A stretch of DNA of 64,000 nucleotides from Hydrolagus affinis. Taxonomy: Eukaryota. The notes under the pieces were generated by a model. The model ran no database searches and was not told the DNA's origin. It worked only from the letters and a program-made list of their open reading frames with translations. Positions 14,218-26,261 of this stretch are shown here, in pieces. Where the stretch lies: assembly GCA_012026655.1 (NCBI GenBank), contig JAAILG010000978.1, positions 1-64,000 of the forward strand. The letters run 5' to 3'. Within the stretch, counting starts at the first letter, position 1. The number at the start of each line of letters is the position of its first letter. The translations under genes and the position numbers were made by a program.

Positions 14218-14715
14218 GCCACAGGCGGGTGGTAATCATGCTTATGAACAAGACAAGCGTGTTTGACAAGCGGTCACTCAATTTACTGAGTGACTTGCAT
14301 TGAGGAGAAAGTATCATGAGCAGCAAATGCATTGTTATGGATTAGAGATATATGTAAATTCATTTAAATGATTGAGTGGAGTGAAAAGGAATTAAAAGCT
14401 TGATGCTGCATCTACTACAATTGGCAACAACGTGATGGAAGATTGCAATGCCATTGCAGATAGTGCAAACAAGATTTTTAGTTTCTTGTTCGAACCAAGT
14501 AATGGCAGCTTTGCAAGCTGAATGAAGCTGTACGTTACTATGATTCACTAAATTGAGAATGAATGCATTCAAGAATTAATGTTTTCTGTCTTGATAAGAG
14601 CAGATGTTTGATGGCTGATTATCGGTTACTAGTGTGTGATAGGATGGACCATTGTACTGCAGTCTTAGCTCAAAATGACTTATCTAAATCTGAAATGGCA
14701 TCACTTGGCTTTTAG

Positions 14716-14991
<276 letters not shown>

Positions 14992-15082
14992 TAGGGAGAT
15001 TTTTTTTTAGTGAAAAACATCCACATTGTTGGACAAATGTTTAGTTATTTTTCTGATTCATTTATTTTATGAACTTCTTGTA

Positions 15083-15540
15083 CAGGTACCGCGCGCCGTC
15101 GACAACCGCGTCCTCGATAACCGCAAAACTCACGCATCCACGGTTTGCTATATGCGACAACCCTTGCAAACCACGGCTTATAGCCCTTGCTTATCCACTG
15201 GTTTTAACACTAGGATTTAGCGCTAGGACCCAGTTGCATCAACCAGCCTCTATGTCGCTTCGCGCTAGCGTATAACGTTAGGACCCAGTTGCGATGTTGC
15301 AATCAACCAGCGACAACATTTCTCTCTTAGGATTAAGATAAATACAGTAACATTAATTTATTGTCACTTCTCTGCATCTCTCTCTGTGTAAGTATCATAG
15401 GCTGCAGAGATCTCTCTCTGACTCACCTCTCTAGTTCACTTTCCCTTCCCCCTCCCACTCTCTCCCCCACCATTCCCTTCTCTCTCTCACCTCTCTATTT
15501 CACCTTCTCTAACCCTCTCCCCTACCCCCCCCTTCTCTCA

Positions 15541-15573
<33 letters not shown>

Positions 15574-15885
15574 GTGTCTGTGTGTAGATCAGTCAGTCAG
15601 TCAGTCTTGTGGATTGCTGCAGATCCTGGCTGCCAATGCGCCCAAACTTACTCCCCCTATCCCCATGTACGTTATAACTATTTTTTTTATGTTTAGTTCT
15701 ACGAAACGTGAACTTACTCCCACTATCCCCATGTTTCCCATAAGGCCTTGCATTTTCTAACCACGAAAAAGCAAACGTACTACTATCCGCATGTTTCCCA
15801 TAGGCCCCTGTATTTTCCAACCGCGGTTTTACCAATCACGGAGGTTTACGGGAACGTATCCCCCGCGGTTGGGGAGGGGTACCTG
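15083..15885. mobile_element. Non-autonomous Tc1/mariner (Tigger-like) DNA transposon
   Basis: TA|CAGGTACC...CAACCGCG at the left end and CGCGGTTG...GGTACCTG|TA at the right; TA target duplication; subterminal ggaacgtatcccccgcgg typical of Tigger/MER2-group ends; no transposase ORF. Confidence 0.85.
15543..15605 (+). repeat. (CT)n microsatellite followed by (TCAG)n, inside the MITE
   Basis: ctctctctctctctctctctctctctg...tcagtcagtcagtcagtc. Confidence 0.9.
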
Positions 15886-16121
15886 TATTGTAAATTATAA
15901 GATACATTTATATTGCTTTGAAGTACTTTTAGTGATTTGGGGAGTATTTTTTGATGGTGTTATATTTATACAATAAGATGTATTCATCACAATATATAAA
16001 TAAAAACGTACTTGTCTTAAGTCACAACAGAAAGTTATGGAAATACTTGTGGTTTATATTAACACTGTCAAAGTTTTGACTGTATTCTGAAGAGTGGAAA
16101 CACTTTTTTAATGTAGTGTAA

Positions 16122-16454
<333 letters not shown>

Positions 16455-16507
16455 TAAAAAAATAAAAATTCTGTGTGCCTCACTAATTATGCATTTCTTA
16501 AAAAAAA

Positions 16508-16630
16508 ATAATCCTTGCATTTGATATAGCACCTTATCATGTCTCCGAGATATCTCAAAGCGCTTCACAGAATATACTGTGAGGTGAATAGACTGTATAT
16601 TTTATGGAAGAAATGCACCAGCCAATTTAT
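16508..16630 (-). mobile_element. SINE 3' fragment
   Basis: ataatccttgcatttgatatagcacc...ctcaaagcgcttcacagaatatactg, the reverse of the tail of the full copy at 57853-58190. Confidence 0.8.
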
Positions 16631-17277
16631 ATATAAATGCAAGTTGTTGTTCACATGCAGTGTGTCAAATATCCAAACAATTAAACCAGCAGAGGGTTAA
16701 TATCAATAATATCTTGGTATTATCTTGGTGCTGCTGGAATTCACCTGGATACCAGAGTTTAGCAGCATGTTGGGCCAGATGAAATTAAACTTTCTTTCTT
16801 AAGCAAAATTTCTCATCAGGCAATTTTTGGTAGTGTGAAAGTGAGGAGGGGGAAGGGAGGAGAAACAAAACCAGAAACTGTTCAAAATCATTTAAAATGT
16901 ATTGTCGCGCTCCCCCACCCTCGTCTCTTCCCATGTGGCAGCATTAAAAACAATTTGGATGTTAACAATGGCATAATTTTTACATTCTAGCTAAGTTGCT
17001 CAGGCAGTTTTGTAAGCTACTTCACAGCATTGTGCCAGAGTGAAAGGTTTTGCATTAGTACAAACAACTGAAATAACACCTTTCAGAAGTATAATTTCAT
17101 TTATTTTGCAGAAAACAAAAAAAAAGATTAGTACATTAGTGATTATAGAAACCACCCACTAAACTGTGGCTGAACCTCAATTTATATAAGTGGATGGAGA
17201 GTGTCCCTTTATTATGGATAATAGCAGTTTTTTGAAGATTTTAAAATATAATTTAAATAATATTTCTTATCCTCTAG

Positions 17278-17378
17278 CCTAGAGAACAAACCAGGAAAGA
17301 CTCCACCTAAAATAGAACTGAATACCTCACCGTCACTGTCCTGTCCAGCTCAAGCCACCTTATCAAGATCATCTCAAG
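17278..17378 (+). CDS. BRWD3: BRWD3 exon (low-complexity region)
   Basis: ctctag|...AAG|gtgaga; LENKPGKTPPKIELNTSPSLSCPAQATLSRSSQ; phases 2 and 1 fit both neighbours. Confidence 0.8.
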
Positions 17379-17536
17379 GTGAGAATCCAAATTCTAATTT
17401 AAAAGTTAGCTTTCAGTCAATTGACTCAACTCAACACAAGGTTTATTAATTTGTTCACATTTCTAAAGTCTGGGTGTGTCATTTCCACTGTTTGCTATTT
17501 ATAATTGCAAGTTCGCTGCCTGATTTTGATTTTCAG

Positions 17537-17695
17537 CTTCAGAAACACATGATCCCTCAGGTTTACACATTGATGAAGTTCAGACTCAGCAGCTGTCACC
17601 AGTCCCTCAGTGCGATGCACAGAGCCAGAGTGGAAGTGACTCAGAGCCTGGGAGCACCAGAGTAACCAGGAGCACAGCTACACCTGTGAAGCAAG
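17537..17695 (+). CDS. BRWD3: BRWD3 exon
   Basis: tttcag|...AAG|gtaaca; open frame ending TRSTATPVKQ, joining to D as in BRWD3 PVKQD. Confidence 0.85.
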
Positions 17696-17850
17696 GTAAC
17701 AAAGCAAATTTCTATATCATAATTCATACGTCCACAAAATCTATAGTTAATTCACTTTACATTTTATTCTGGGAAGCCCTTTAAGACAATGATGTGATGA
17801 GGCACTATAATCAAATGCAAGGATTATTATTTTTATTGTACGATTATGTT

Positions 17851-17950
17851 NNNNNNNNNNNNNNNNNNNNNNNNNNNNNNNNNNNNNNNNNNNNNNNNNN
17901 NNNNNNNNNNNNNNNNNNNNNNNNNNNNNNNNNNNNNNNNNNNNNNNNNN
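17851..17950. other. Assembly gap (100 N)
   Basis: Run of 100 N, directly followed by a CR1 3' end. Confidence 0.99.
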
Positions 17951-18150
17951 GAAGGCTGTAGATGCTCAGTCCTTGAACATTTTCAAGGCTGAGACTGATA
18001 GATTTTTGAAAAATAGAGGGATTAGGGGATATGGGGATAGGGCAGGTAATTAGAGTTAGGTGAGAAGATCAGCCATGATCTTATTGAATGGCAGAGCAGG
18101 CTCGAAGGGCCGAATGGCCTACTCCTGCTCCTAATTCTTATGTTCTTATG
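17951..18150 (+). mobile_element. CR1 3' end (same family as 9211-9750), 5' part lost in the gap
   Basis: ...gggccgaatggcctactcctgctcctaattcttatgttcttatg. Confidence 0.9.
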
Positions 18151-18747
18151 TAGAATATATCCATGACAATGCCCTATGGAATAATATTGCTGACTAAATT
18201 GCTCAACACAACAGTTAGTGAAGTAGTACAGATTCATATTGTTTATCCATCCCATTCCACATACTTCAGCTCATAATTCAATGTGTGTCTAAGTGATTTG
18301 GATGAAATTACGTTATTTTTGAAAAGCGGGATTTGCATTGCAATGAAAATTTACATTTATGCAAACACCTTTCATGGTGGGAGAGTACCCCAATGAGCTA
18401 AACAGAACTAGCTGGGCATCCAAGTAAGGGATGGGGGGCTGGGGAGGGGAAAGATGACCCCAAAAAAAGTACAGCCTGATATTCTGAAAGAGTTTGTAGA
18501 AAACGAATATAATGTTAAAGCACGCTCCTCAAACGCTTCATGAACTTTAAAATTCCATTGAACTTCCATCATATATTAAAACATTTTGGTTTCACTGTTT
18601 ATTTCTGAAGCTTACAGTGTGTTGCAAACAATATTGAACAATATATATTGCACAGAAATTTCTCAACTAGTCTTTGTATAAAATATTGTGTCCAGTTTAT
18701 TATCAAAAATGGACCTTGAGAGGCTTGTATAGGGCTTTTTAAAAAAA

Positions 18748-18965
18748 ATAATCCTTGCATTCATTATATCTGCAAAGCTGTGTATGTCTCTGTAAATAGA
18801 CTATGTATGTAGATAAAACCCAACATCCAATTTGCAAATAATAATGTATGCAAACCCCCATAAAGTGATTGACCTTTTTTTTTCAGTCTTAGGATTCATT
18901 GTTTAATCTCAAGGACATTGGGGGGTGGGGGAGAGTCTTTTTTTGAATAGTGCCTAAAGTCCTTC
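18748..18965 (-). mobile_element. Decayed DeuSINE-like fragment
   Basis: SINE tail (aataatccttgca) followed by aggacattggg...gaatagtgcc resembling the reverse Deu domain. Confidence 0.5.
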
Positions 18966-19086
18966 TGAACAGTTTTTCACTGTTTTATTAAAATTGGGAG
19001 TAATTCAAAGTTTACTCCCTCTGACCATTAGTTTTCCTTTAAAGGTAAAATAAGCATGTTGTATGTTTTGCTCTTTTCCTTCTCAG

Positions 19087-19691
19087 ATGAATCCCCCAAT
19101 GTTCCTCTCGTCAATGGTCATAGAGAGCGAACGTCTACAAAGAGAAAGTTTATAAGTGACTCGGAGGAAAGTAGTTCAGAAAATAGAAACAATGGGGAGA
19201 TGGAAGATATTCCACACTTGGACAACAAAACGTCAAGACCTGCTACAAGTTCTGAAAGTGGGTCAGAATTAGGTTCGGCATCCGATAAGGATTGCATTGA
19301 AGGAGATCATGATTATAGTAAGATAGTAAGAAGAAAAGCAAAAGGAAAAGGATATATAAAGGTAAGCACAGGTGTAGGCAGAGGAAGAGGAAGAAGGAGG
19401 AGAAAAAGCTTCAAAGGTTTCAAGACCATCAACAGAAATAAACGGGCAAAATTGTGGGACAGTGATTATGGATTTGCGGATGCGTTTTGTGCCGATCGGT
19501 TTGATAAACGGTCTACAATAACAACCAGAAACCAAGGTAGAAGAACGGTTTTATACAATGATGAGTCTGATGATGATGATGGTTTCCTACCAGCTCATGA
19601 ACCTCTGAACCTCGGTATGTCAAGGTCAGGCAGGGTGCGACGTATGACTGAAAAAGCCAAGGCTAGTCACTTAATGGGATGGAGTCATTAA
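19087..19691 (+). CDS. BRWD3: BRWD3 terminal coding exon with TAA stop
   Basis: tctcag|AT GAA; GDHDYSK, TRNQGRRTVLYND and PLNLGMSRSGRVRRMTEKAKASHLMGWSH* match the BRWD3 C-terminus rather than PHIP or BRWD1. Confidence 0.96.
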
Positions 19692-20520
19692 TTGTTAAAG
19701 CAAAGAACTTTTTTTAATAAAAAACTGAATTGATTACATTTGTACTGCAGGGATTATATATATATATATATAAATATATATGTATATGCACATTATTTTT
19801 TACTAATTTATGTGGGGGAAGGGGATCTTCACAGTTTCTTTTTTTGCAGTGGTGCTTATCCCAGTCACCCAATGCACTTCAGAACCAACACTTACCAACT
19901 GCTGAGGCAAACCTCAAATGAAAGTGTAGCCTTAATGCACTAAAAACTCAGCATCCGAATTAATACTTGTATCCGAAGCTTCAAAATCCATAAGTGGTGG
20001 TACACTATGTAGCAGAAACTTTCTAGTAGTTTACCGTGGTCATTTTCAGCATATTTAGTTCTTTATCTAAATTCAGACTGAGCAATTATTCAAATTTTAT
20101 GCCATAACTTCTTGCTATACAATAATATGTCTGTCATGGTTTTGCACAATTCTTCCAGTATCAATGGCAGCTATTAAAGTTTACAGCATGAATATCCTTT
20201 CCACTAATTACGGTTATGACTTATTTGCTCTGCACTGGCCATTTTTCGTTAAATTTAGAATTGAATTGTAATATATACAACATGTGCTAGCTTGTTTATG
20301 TTTTGAAGATGATTTAAAATTCACTAATTGATTGTCTTCCAGTAATGGAGATAATGAGCAAATAATAGTTGGTGCCTTTTGTAAACATTGTTTGAATTTT
20401 AAGTGTGAATGAATGGTGTTTCAGAGATGTTTGCATTCTGTATAAATTGAAAATGAAATTCAAAGCAAGTGGTGCCAATTGTTCCAATGTTTACACCCAT
20501 CATACATGTAGAATTCTAAG

Positions 20521-20543
20521 TGTGTGTGTGTGTGTGTGTGTGT
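20521..20543 (+). repeat. (TG)n microsatellite
   Basis: tgtgtgtgtgtgtgtgtgtgtgt. Confidence 0.95.
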
Positions 20544-21280
20544 ATATGTCATTATAACTTTTTTAAAGACAAAAAATGGCTCTCCTCGGTGCTTTTTACC
20601 TGCCAATAAAAGTATCCTTCAGCCAGAAATCTGAGCTGATCTGGATCATAGCCTGTTTGTTGCTCCATGAAAAAAAAAGCTCCCCAATAAAAGTAATTTT
20701 CAGGATGAAACAGGCTAGACACCCCTATCTTGTACCTCAGCAAAACATAGTTAATGAGGCTGATTCAGGGATATGATTTTGGCTTGGGTTAACCACTGGT
20801 ATTTTTTTTTGTGTGTGTATGTGTGTCCAGCATTGTACATTGCTTTCCATAATGCTAGTCAATATACAATATAGTTTTCTTGCATAATATTCTGCAGATG
20901 CATTCACTGATACAGTGTGATATCTGTGCTTCAGAGGATTCACACTGATTCCAGAGCATTGATCCAGCTTAAAAATCCCAAATCTCACATTAATATTTTA
21001 TTTCGCTTCACACCATCCGAATAAGAAGTCAAGTTTTGAAATGCTCATTCCTAGCAACTGAGCAATGCATATGCTTAGAACTTGAAGCCAAACATATGTT
21101 TCCCCTGGCGAGAATCTTTCATTATGAGAAATGCCAGGAAGCCCTTTTAAAATATTTTATAAATTTGAGCACATTTTAAGTATTACCAAAAAAATTGTAT
21201 ACCTGTGTCCAATTTCTACATCTTTTTCATGTGTATCCAGGAACTGAGAGATTCATATTAACACAGACTTTATTTATTTT

Positions 21281-21375
21281 ATAATAATCCTTGCATTTGA
21301 TGGAGCGCCTTATCTGGTCATTGAGACGTCTGAAAGTGCTTCACAGAATATATTGCAAAGTGGATTGGCAGTGTT
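21281..21375 (-). mobile_element. SINE 3' fragment in the putative 3' UTR
   Basis: ataataatccttgcatttgatggagcgcc...gtgcttcacagaatatattg. Confidence 0.75.
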
Positions 21376-22734
21376 TTAAAACAGTTAACACAAAGTGGAT
21401 TGACGTATTTTAAAAAGGGATGCACCCATAAAGCTTTATGAGCAAAAACTTGAATACTGTAGGATTTTCTGAGAAAACCTGGATATACTGCACTATATCT
21501 GCTAGTTTGAGCAATTTATACGAAATTGCATTTTCTCGCATGTGACTTGAACAAGAGAGGGGATATTTGCACCAGAATAACATTTTTTAAAATGATTTTT
21601 TAAATCTATAGTGTTTCACTAAAGTTCCTTGAAAAATTACAACAGAGTTGTACAGAAACGATCTATGCTTGTTTATTTTTCTATAGATTCTGCACATAGA
21701 GCATGATTCTATATTTTATAGATAATTAGTTTTTGTAAATTCCTTTCTTTTTCTAAATATCCCAATCATGTCTGCACAATCAAACTACATTTTAAAAGGT
21801 TACTTTTACTTTTCGGGAGAGCTGTTGAGTGGCAGCTCTAGCGAAATGCCTTATAGAATTCTTCACAGAATACATTTTACGGTAGTAAATGCTTACACTC
21901 CATCCCCTTATAATCATGCAGCACATTTTTCTAATTTGTGAAAAATACAATGTATTTTTAATTTCTCAGTTCTTAATGTAAATTTCAACGAAAATCTTCA
22001 GGTATATGGTACAAAATGGACCACATGCATTAAGTCAAATTTTCGTGGGACATCTCCCATATTCACCAAATCTTTAATCTTGGTGTTCTCAGAAAGTCCC
22101 CTTTTATATACATATATTATATATTTTAAAAAGTTAGCATTTCAGGGAAATTTTCTTGCCACACAGGCAGACCAAATGTAATGTTCATATGCAATGAAAT
22201 AATGTGAGTTTTAGTTGACAATTTTTCTACTGTAAAAAGTGTACATATGTAAGTTGTTTTTTGTTTATAAAATAGTTCCCATACTTATGTTGAAAATGGT
22301 GTGAATTCTTATTTGTCCTTTTTTTTTAATATTTGGCTCATTTATTTCGGGAGGAGAAGAATGTGTTAACACATGGATTGAAAAATACTGTTCAATAGGC
22401 AAATGTCCTCAATTGTCATTGTTACACTGTTACAAAATGCAAATCCAACATTTAAATTCCTTCTCTTTCTCCCTCCCCGCCTCATGGCCTCAATTTACCT
22501 GCACAAAGTTTATTACTTTCAAACAGCTTGAGCTCACTCCAAAAAAAACTGTTGGCAGTTGAAAGCCTCGCTCTTTATTCCATCAATCCTTAGGAGTTGT
22601 CATCCTTCCAAGGTATCATTGCTTGTCACAGTTTTGCCATTTGTCTTCCAAAAATAGCATGGCACAAAGGCATGAGTGGGCCAGATGTTCACTGGGTTGA
22701 GTCTATCCAAGTTAAGACATGGATCTCTCTTGTA

Positions 22735-22740
22735 AATAAA
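22735..22740 (+). terminator. Candidate polyadenylation signal of BRWD3
   Basis: tgtaAATAAA followed by tctttttggtttttt; other AATAAA at 19716, 20605 and 20686. Confidence 0.5.
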
Positions 22741-23224
22741 AGTACAGTCTTTTTGGTTTTTTAAAAAGCACATTTTTTAGGCTGATCCAAAAGAGAACTG
22801 TTGGTTCATGCATTGCTGCAACAATTTTTTTAAAATTGAATTTGAGGACATGGGTACATGCAATTTAATTTCCTGCCAATTTCTATCCTATCTATGTAAA
22901 TCATTATGACCAGATGCTAGGTTTCAATCACTGCACAAACTTGATTTAACAAACAGCAAATGGCTGGAAATGGAAAAGGGAATGTGGGTATTCTGGAGGA
23001 ATGAGATCAAATAAGCTGAAAGGTCTTAATTTGAACCTCGATTGTGAGGTGGAGAAATCTGATTTGGGGTTTATTTTAAAAACAAGCTGGGCATGAAAGT
23101 AGTCATGTTTCAAAATTCTGGCTTGTAGTTGCTATTCACCGTTTGTGTTATAATTTAAAACTATTTGTTCTTATAGGTGTTGCGATTTGGATATGCAAGC
23201 ATGCCCCCAATTTACGAATGGATG

Positions 23225-25095
23225 GTTAAAATAAAGCAAAAAAAGGAGGCTTATGACAAGCGTCAGGCCCAAGATACAGAGGTCAACCAAGCAGAATATA
23301 GGCAGGAGAGGACTGAAAAAGGAAATGAGAAGGGCAAACATACTGCATGAGAAACAATTAGCAGGTAACATTAAAGGGAACCTTAAAGTATTTTACAAAC
23401 ATATTAAGAGTAAAAGATTGATCAAGGGTAGGGTGGGACCAATTAGGGGCCAAGGAGGAAATCTTATTGTGGAGGCAGAGGACATCGCTGATGTACTGAA
23501 TGAGTACTTTGCCCCTGTCTTCACAAGAGAAGATGCAGCCAATGCTACAGTATTGGAAGAGAGGATAGAAGAAATGGATAGGATTAGTATAAACAGAGAG
23601 GAAATACTAAAAAGGTTGACGGCATTCAAGGTAGATAAGTCACCCGGTCTGGATATGGTGCCAGAGGCCTGGAAGGTTGCTAATGTTACTCCTCTATAAA
23701 AAGGGGCAGAAGGACAAACCTGGGAACTACAGGCCAGTCAGTCAAATGTCGGTAGTGGGCAAACTTCTAGAGTATAATCAGGGACAAGATAGATCTTCAC
23801 TTAGAAAGATATAGGCTAATAAAGGACAGCCGGCATGGATTTGTTAAAGGCAAATCTTGCCTTAAGTCTTGATAGAATTTTTTGATGAGGTAAAGGAATG
23901 GGTGGATGAGGGTAGCGCAGTTGATGTAGTTTACATGGACTTTCAAAAGGCATTTGACAAAGTGCCACATGAGGCTAATTAGGAAAGTAGAGGCCCACGG
24001 CATTAAAGGGACAGTGGCAGCATGGATCCACAACTGGCTGCGAGACAAAAACCAGAGAGTTGTGGTGAGCGGCTGATTTTCAGACTGGAGGGAAGTGTGC
24101 AGTGGCGTCCCCCTGGGATCAGTTTTGTGTCCACTGCTCTTTAATATATATTAATGATCTGGACTTGGGTGTAGGGAGCAGTTTCCAAGTTTACAGATGA
24201 TACTAAGTTAGGGAGAATAGTAAACAGTGAGGAGGATAGTAACCATCTGCAAGAAGATATAGATAAAATGAAAAATTGGGCAGACACATGGCAGATGAAG
24301 TTTAATGCAGAGAAGTGTGAGGTGATACATTTTGGGAGAAGAAATGAGAGGAGGCAATATAGGCTAGATAGTACAATTTTAAAGGGTGTGAGGAAACAGA
24401 GACCTGGGGATTTGTGTTAGTGACTCTTTGAAGGTGGTAGGAAAGGTAGACAAAGCCGTTAAGAAAACATATGGGATACTAGATTTTGTAAATGGGGGTA
24501 TAGAGTACAAAAGTCAGGAAGTGTTGACTAACCTCTAGAAAACTTTGGCTAGGCCTCAGTTGAAGTGCTGTGTCCAATTCTGGTCACCACACTAGAAAGG
24601 ATGTTAAGGCATTGGAAAGCTTGCAAAGAAGGTTTACTAGAATGGTACCGGGATTGAGGGACTTCAGTTATGAGGAAAGGCTAGATAGGCTAGGTTTATT
24701 TTTAGAACAGAGAAGGTTGAGAGGAGACCTAATAGAGGTTTCTAAAATCATGAGGGTATTTGACAGGGTGAATAAGGAAAACCTGTTTCCACTGGTGGGC
24801 GAATCAGTGACTCGTGGTCACAGATTTAAAATAGTTTCAAAACGAAGCAGAGGGGAGCTGAGGAGAAATGTTTTCACTCAGCGGGTTGTTCGAATCTGGA
24901 ATGCATTGCCTGAAAAGGGGTGGAGGCCAATTCGATAACAGCTTTTAAAAGAGAATCAGATCCTTATTTAGGGAGAACAGGTCTGTTAAGTTAGAGAGCT
25001 GGGCAGTGGGAGTGAATTGTTCTTTTCAAAGAGCCGGCACAGACTAGATGGACCGAATGGCCTCCTTTTGTGCCGTAAAATTCTATGATTCATGA
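23225..25095 (+). mobile_element. CR1 LINE, 5'-truncated decayed ORF2 (same family as 8810-10196)
   Basis: NIKGNLKVFYKHIKSK, LNEYFAPVFT, KSPGLD, WKVANVTPL, VYMDFQKAFDKVPH, FTDDTKL, LEQRRLRGDLIEV, WNALPE; tail ttctatgattc; frameshifts and an internal deletion near 23655. Confidence 0.93.
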
Positions 25096-25867
25096 TGCTG
25101 TATTTAGAAAAAGTACCCAATTGTAAGCTGCTTTCCTCCTTTTTGACACAAGATGGCAGCACTCTACTTCATAAACTCCCAATGCAAATCACCAATATTT
25201 AAACCCGATGCCTTGTTTAATCTCAGCACAATTCAAATGTGGAACAAATCGATATTTCTTGTTTTATTTTAATGGTTTAGTATTGAAATGTTTGGGGATA
25301 TCGCTTTCATAATCCAAAATTTACCTAATTCTGTGTGGCTCCATCCACTCCCAGGCATGTTCTATATCTAGAGAAACAGTTAGGGCTAGCTAACAGTTGA
25401 CCATAACTATTCACATTATATCCAACGTTTACAAGTTTCAACAAAGTCACAACAACTAGTTATTGTTCTTTCCTTACAGTGACCATTGATGTTTCAGATA
25501 TACCTACTTTGCATTCAGTAAATATAGCAGTGGATATTGGCATAAAACAGGGTGACTTGAGTTGGATGTGAGGTACACAATGACAATGAATTTCCTCCAG
25601 TGTGAAAGGATAGAATGAACTTCTTTCATATATTCTACAATTAGTCTTTAGAATCATAAAACTTCTAGGGTATCTCTTTCCGATCTCTGTCTTTTGCCAT
25701 GAAGACTCTTAATCACATCTAATGATGTAGTGAAATGCTCTTGCTGATTGTTGCAGCTTTGGTCATAGATGGTGCACTGCTTGCTGACTAAACTTAGCTG
25801 ATAAACAATTTACGGCCACTGGAGGTTTGCTTAAATTGTCATGATTAATAATAACCTGTTAGAAAAA

Positions 25868-26020
25868 AAGGTCACTCAATCCACAACTGTTTGTGGGACA
25901 TTGCTGTGCACAATACGTTGCCGCATTTTGCCCACAAAATATACAGTCAATTCACCTTACGGTGTGAAGCACTTTTGAGACATCTCTGTTTCAATAATAT
26001 TACGCAAAGATTATTATTAT
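25868..26020 (+). mobile_element. SINE 3' half
   Basis: ggtcactcaatccacaactgtttgtgggacattgctgtgc...gattattatt; a further tail at 26373-26482. Confidence 0.8.
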
Positions 26021-26208
26021 GTTGTTGAGGGTGATTATTATCTTGTGTGTGTGTGAGTGACACAGCATTAAGATAATTCACATTAGAAATCAGCATAAGT
26101 ATACATTTTACATTCTGCATTTGTTTCTCCGCTTTCTCTAATTGCCTTTGTGCCTTGTACTAAAACGTACATTTTCAAAAATCTAACATTTATCCCCTTC
26201 TGTAATCA

Positions 26209-26261
26209 ATGCTCTGAGACGCTGTCTGGCGTGGAGGGCGCTATATAAATTGTTGTTGTTG
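26209..26261 (+). mobile_element. L2 family A 3' tail only
   Basis: gctctgagacgctgtctggcgtggagggcgctatataaattgttgttgttg; similar tails at ~34063, ~42400, ~51930 (-) and ~58250. Confidence 0.85.

Larger units (their letters stand above)
19692..22760 (+). other. BRWD3: Probable long BRWD3 3' UTR
   Basis: AU-rich, almost transposon-free stretch after the stop, ending at AATAAA 22735-22740 followed by a U/GU-rich tract; the end point is inferred. Confidence 0.55.

Noticed and set aside
17851-17950. Missing BRWD3 exon hidden in the gap
   Set aside because: Flanking exons join in phase as PVKQ|D, as in BRWD3 orthologs, so no extra exon is needed; a symmetric exon cannot be excluded
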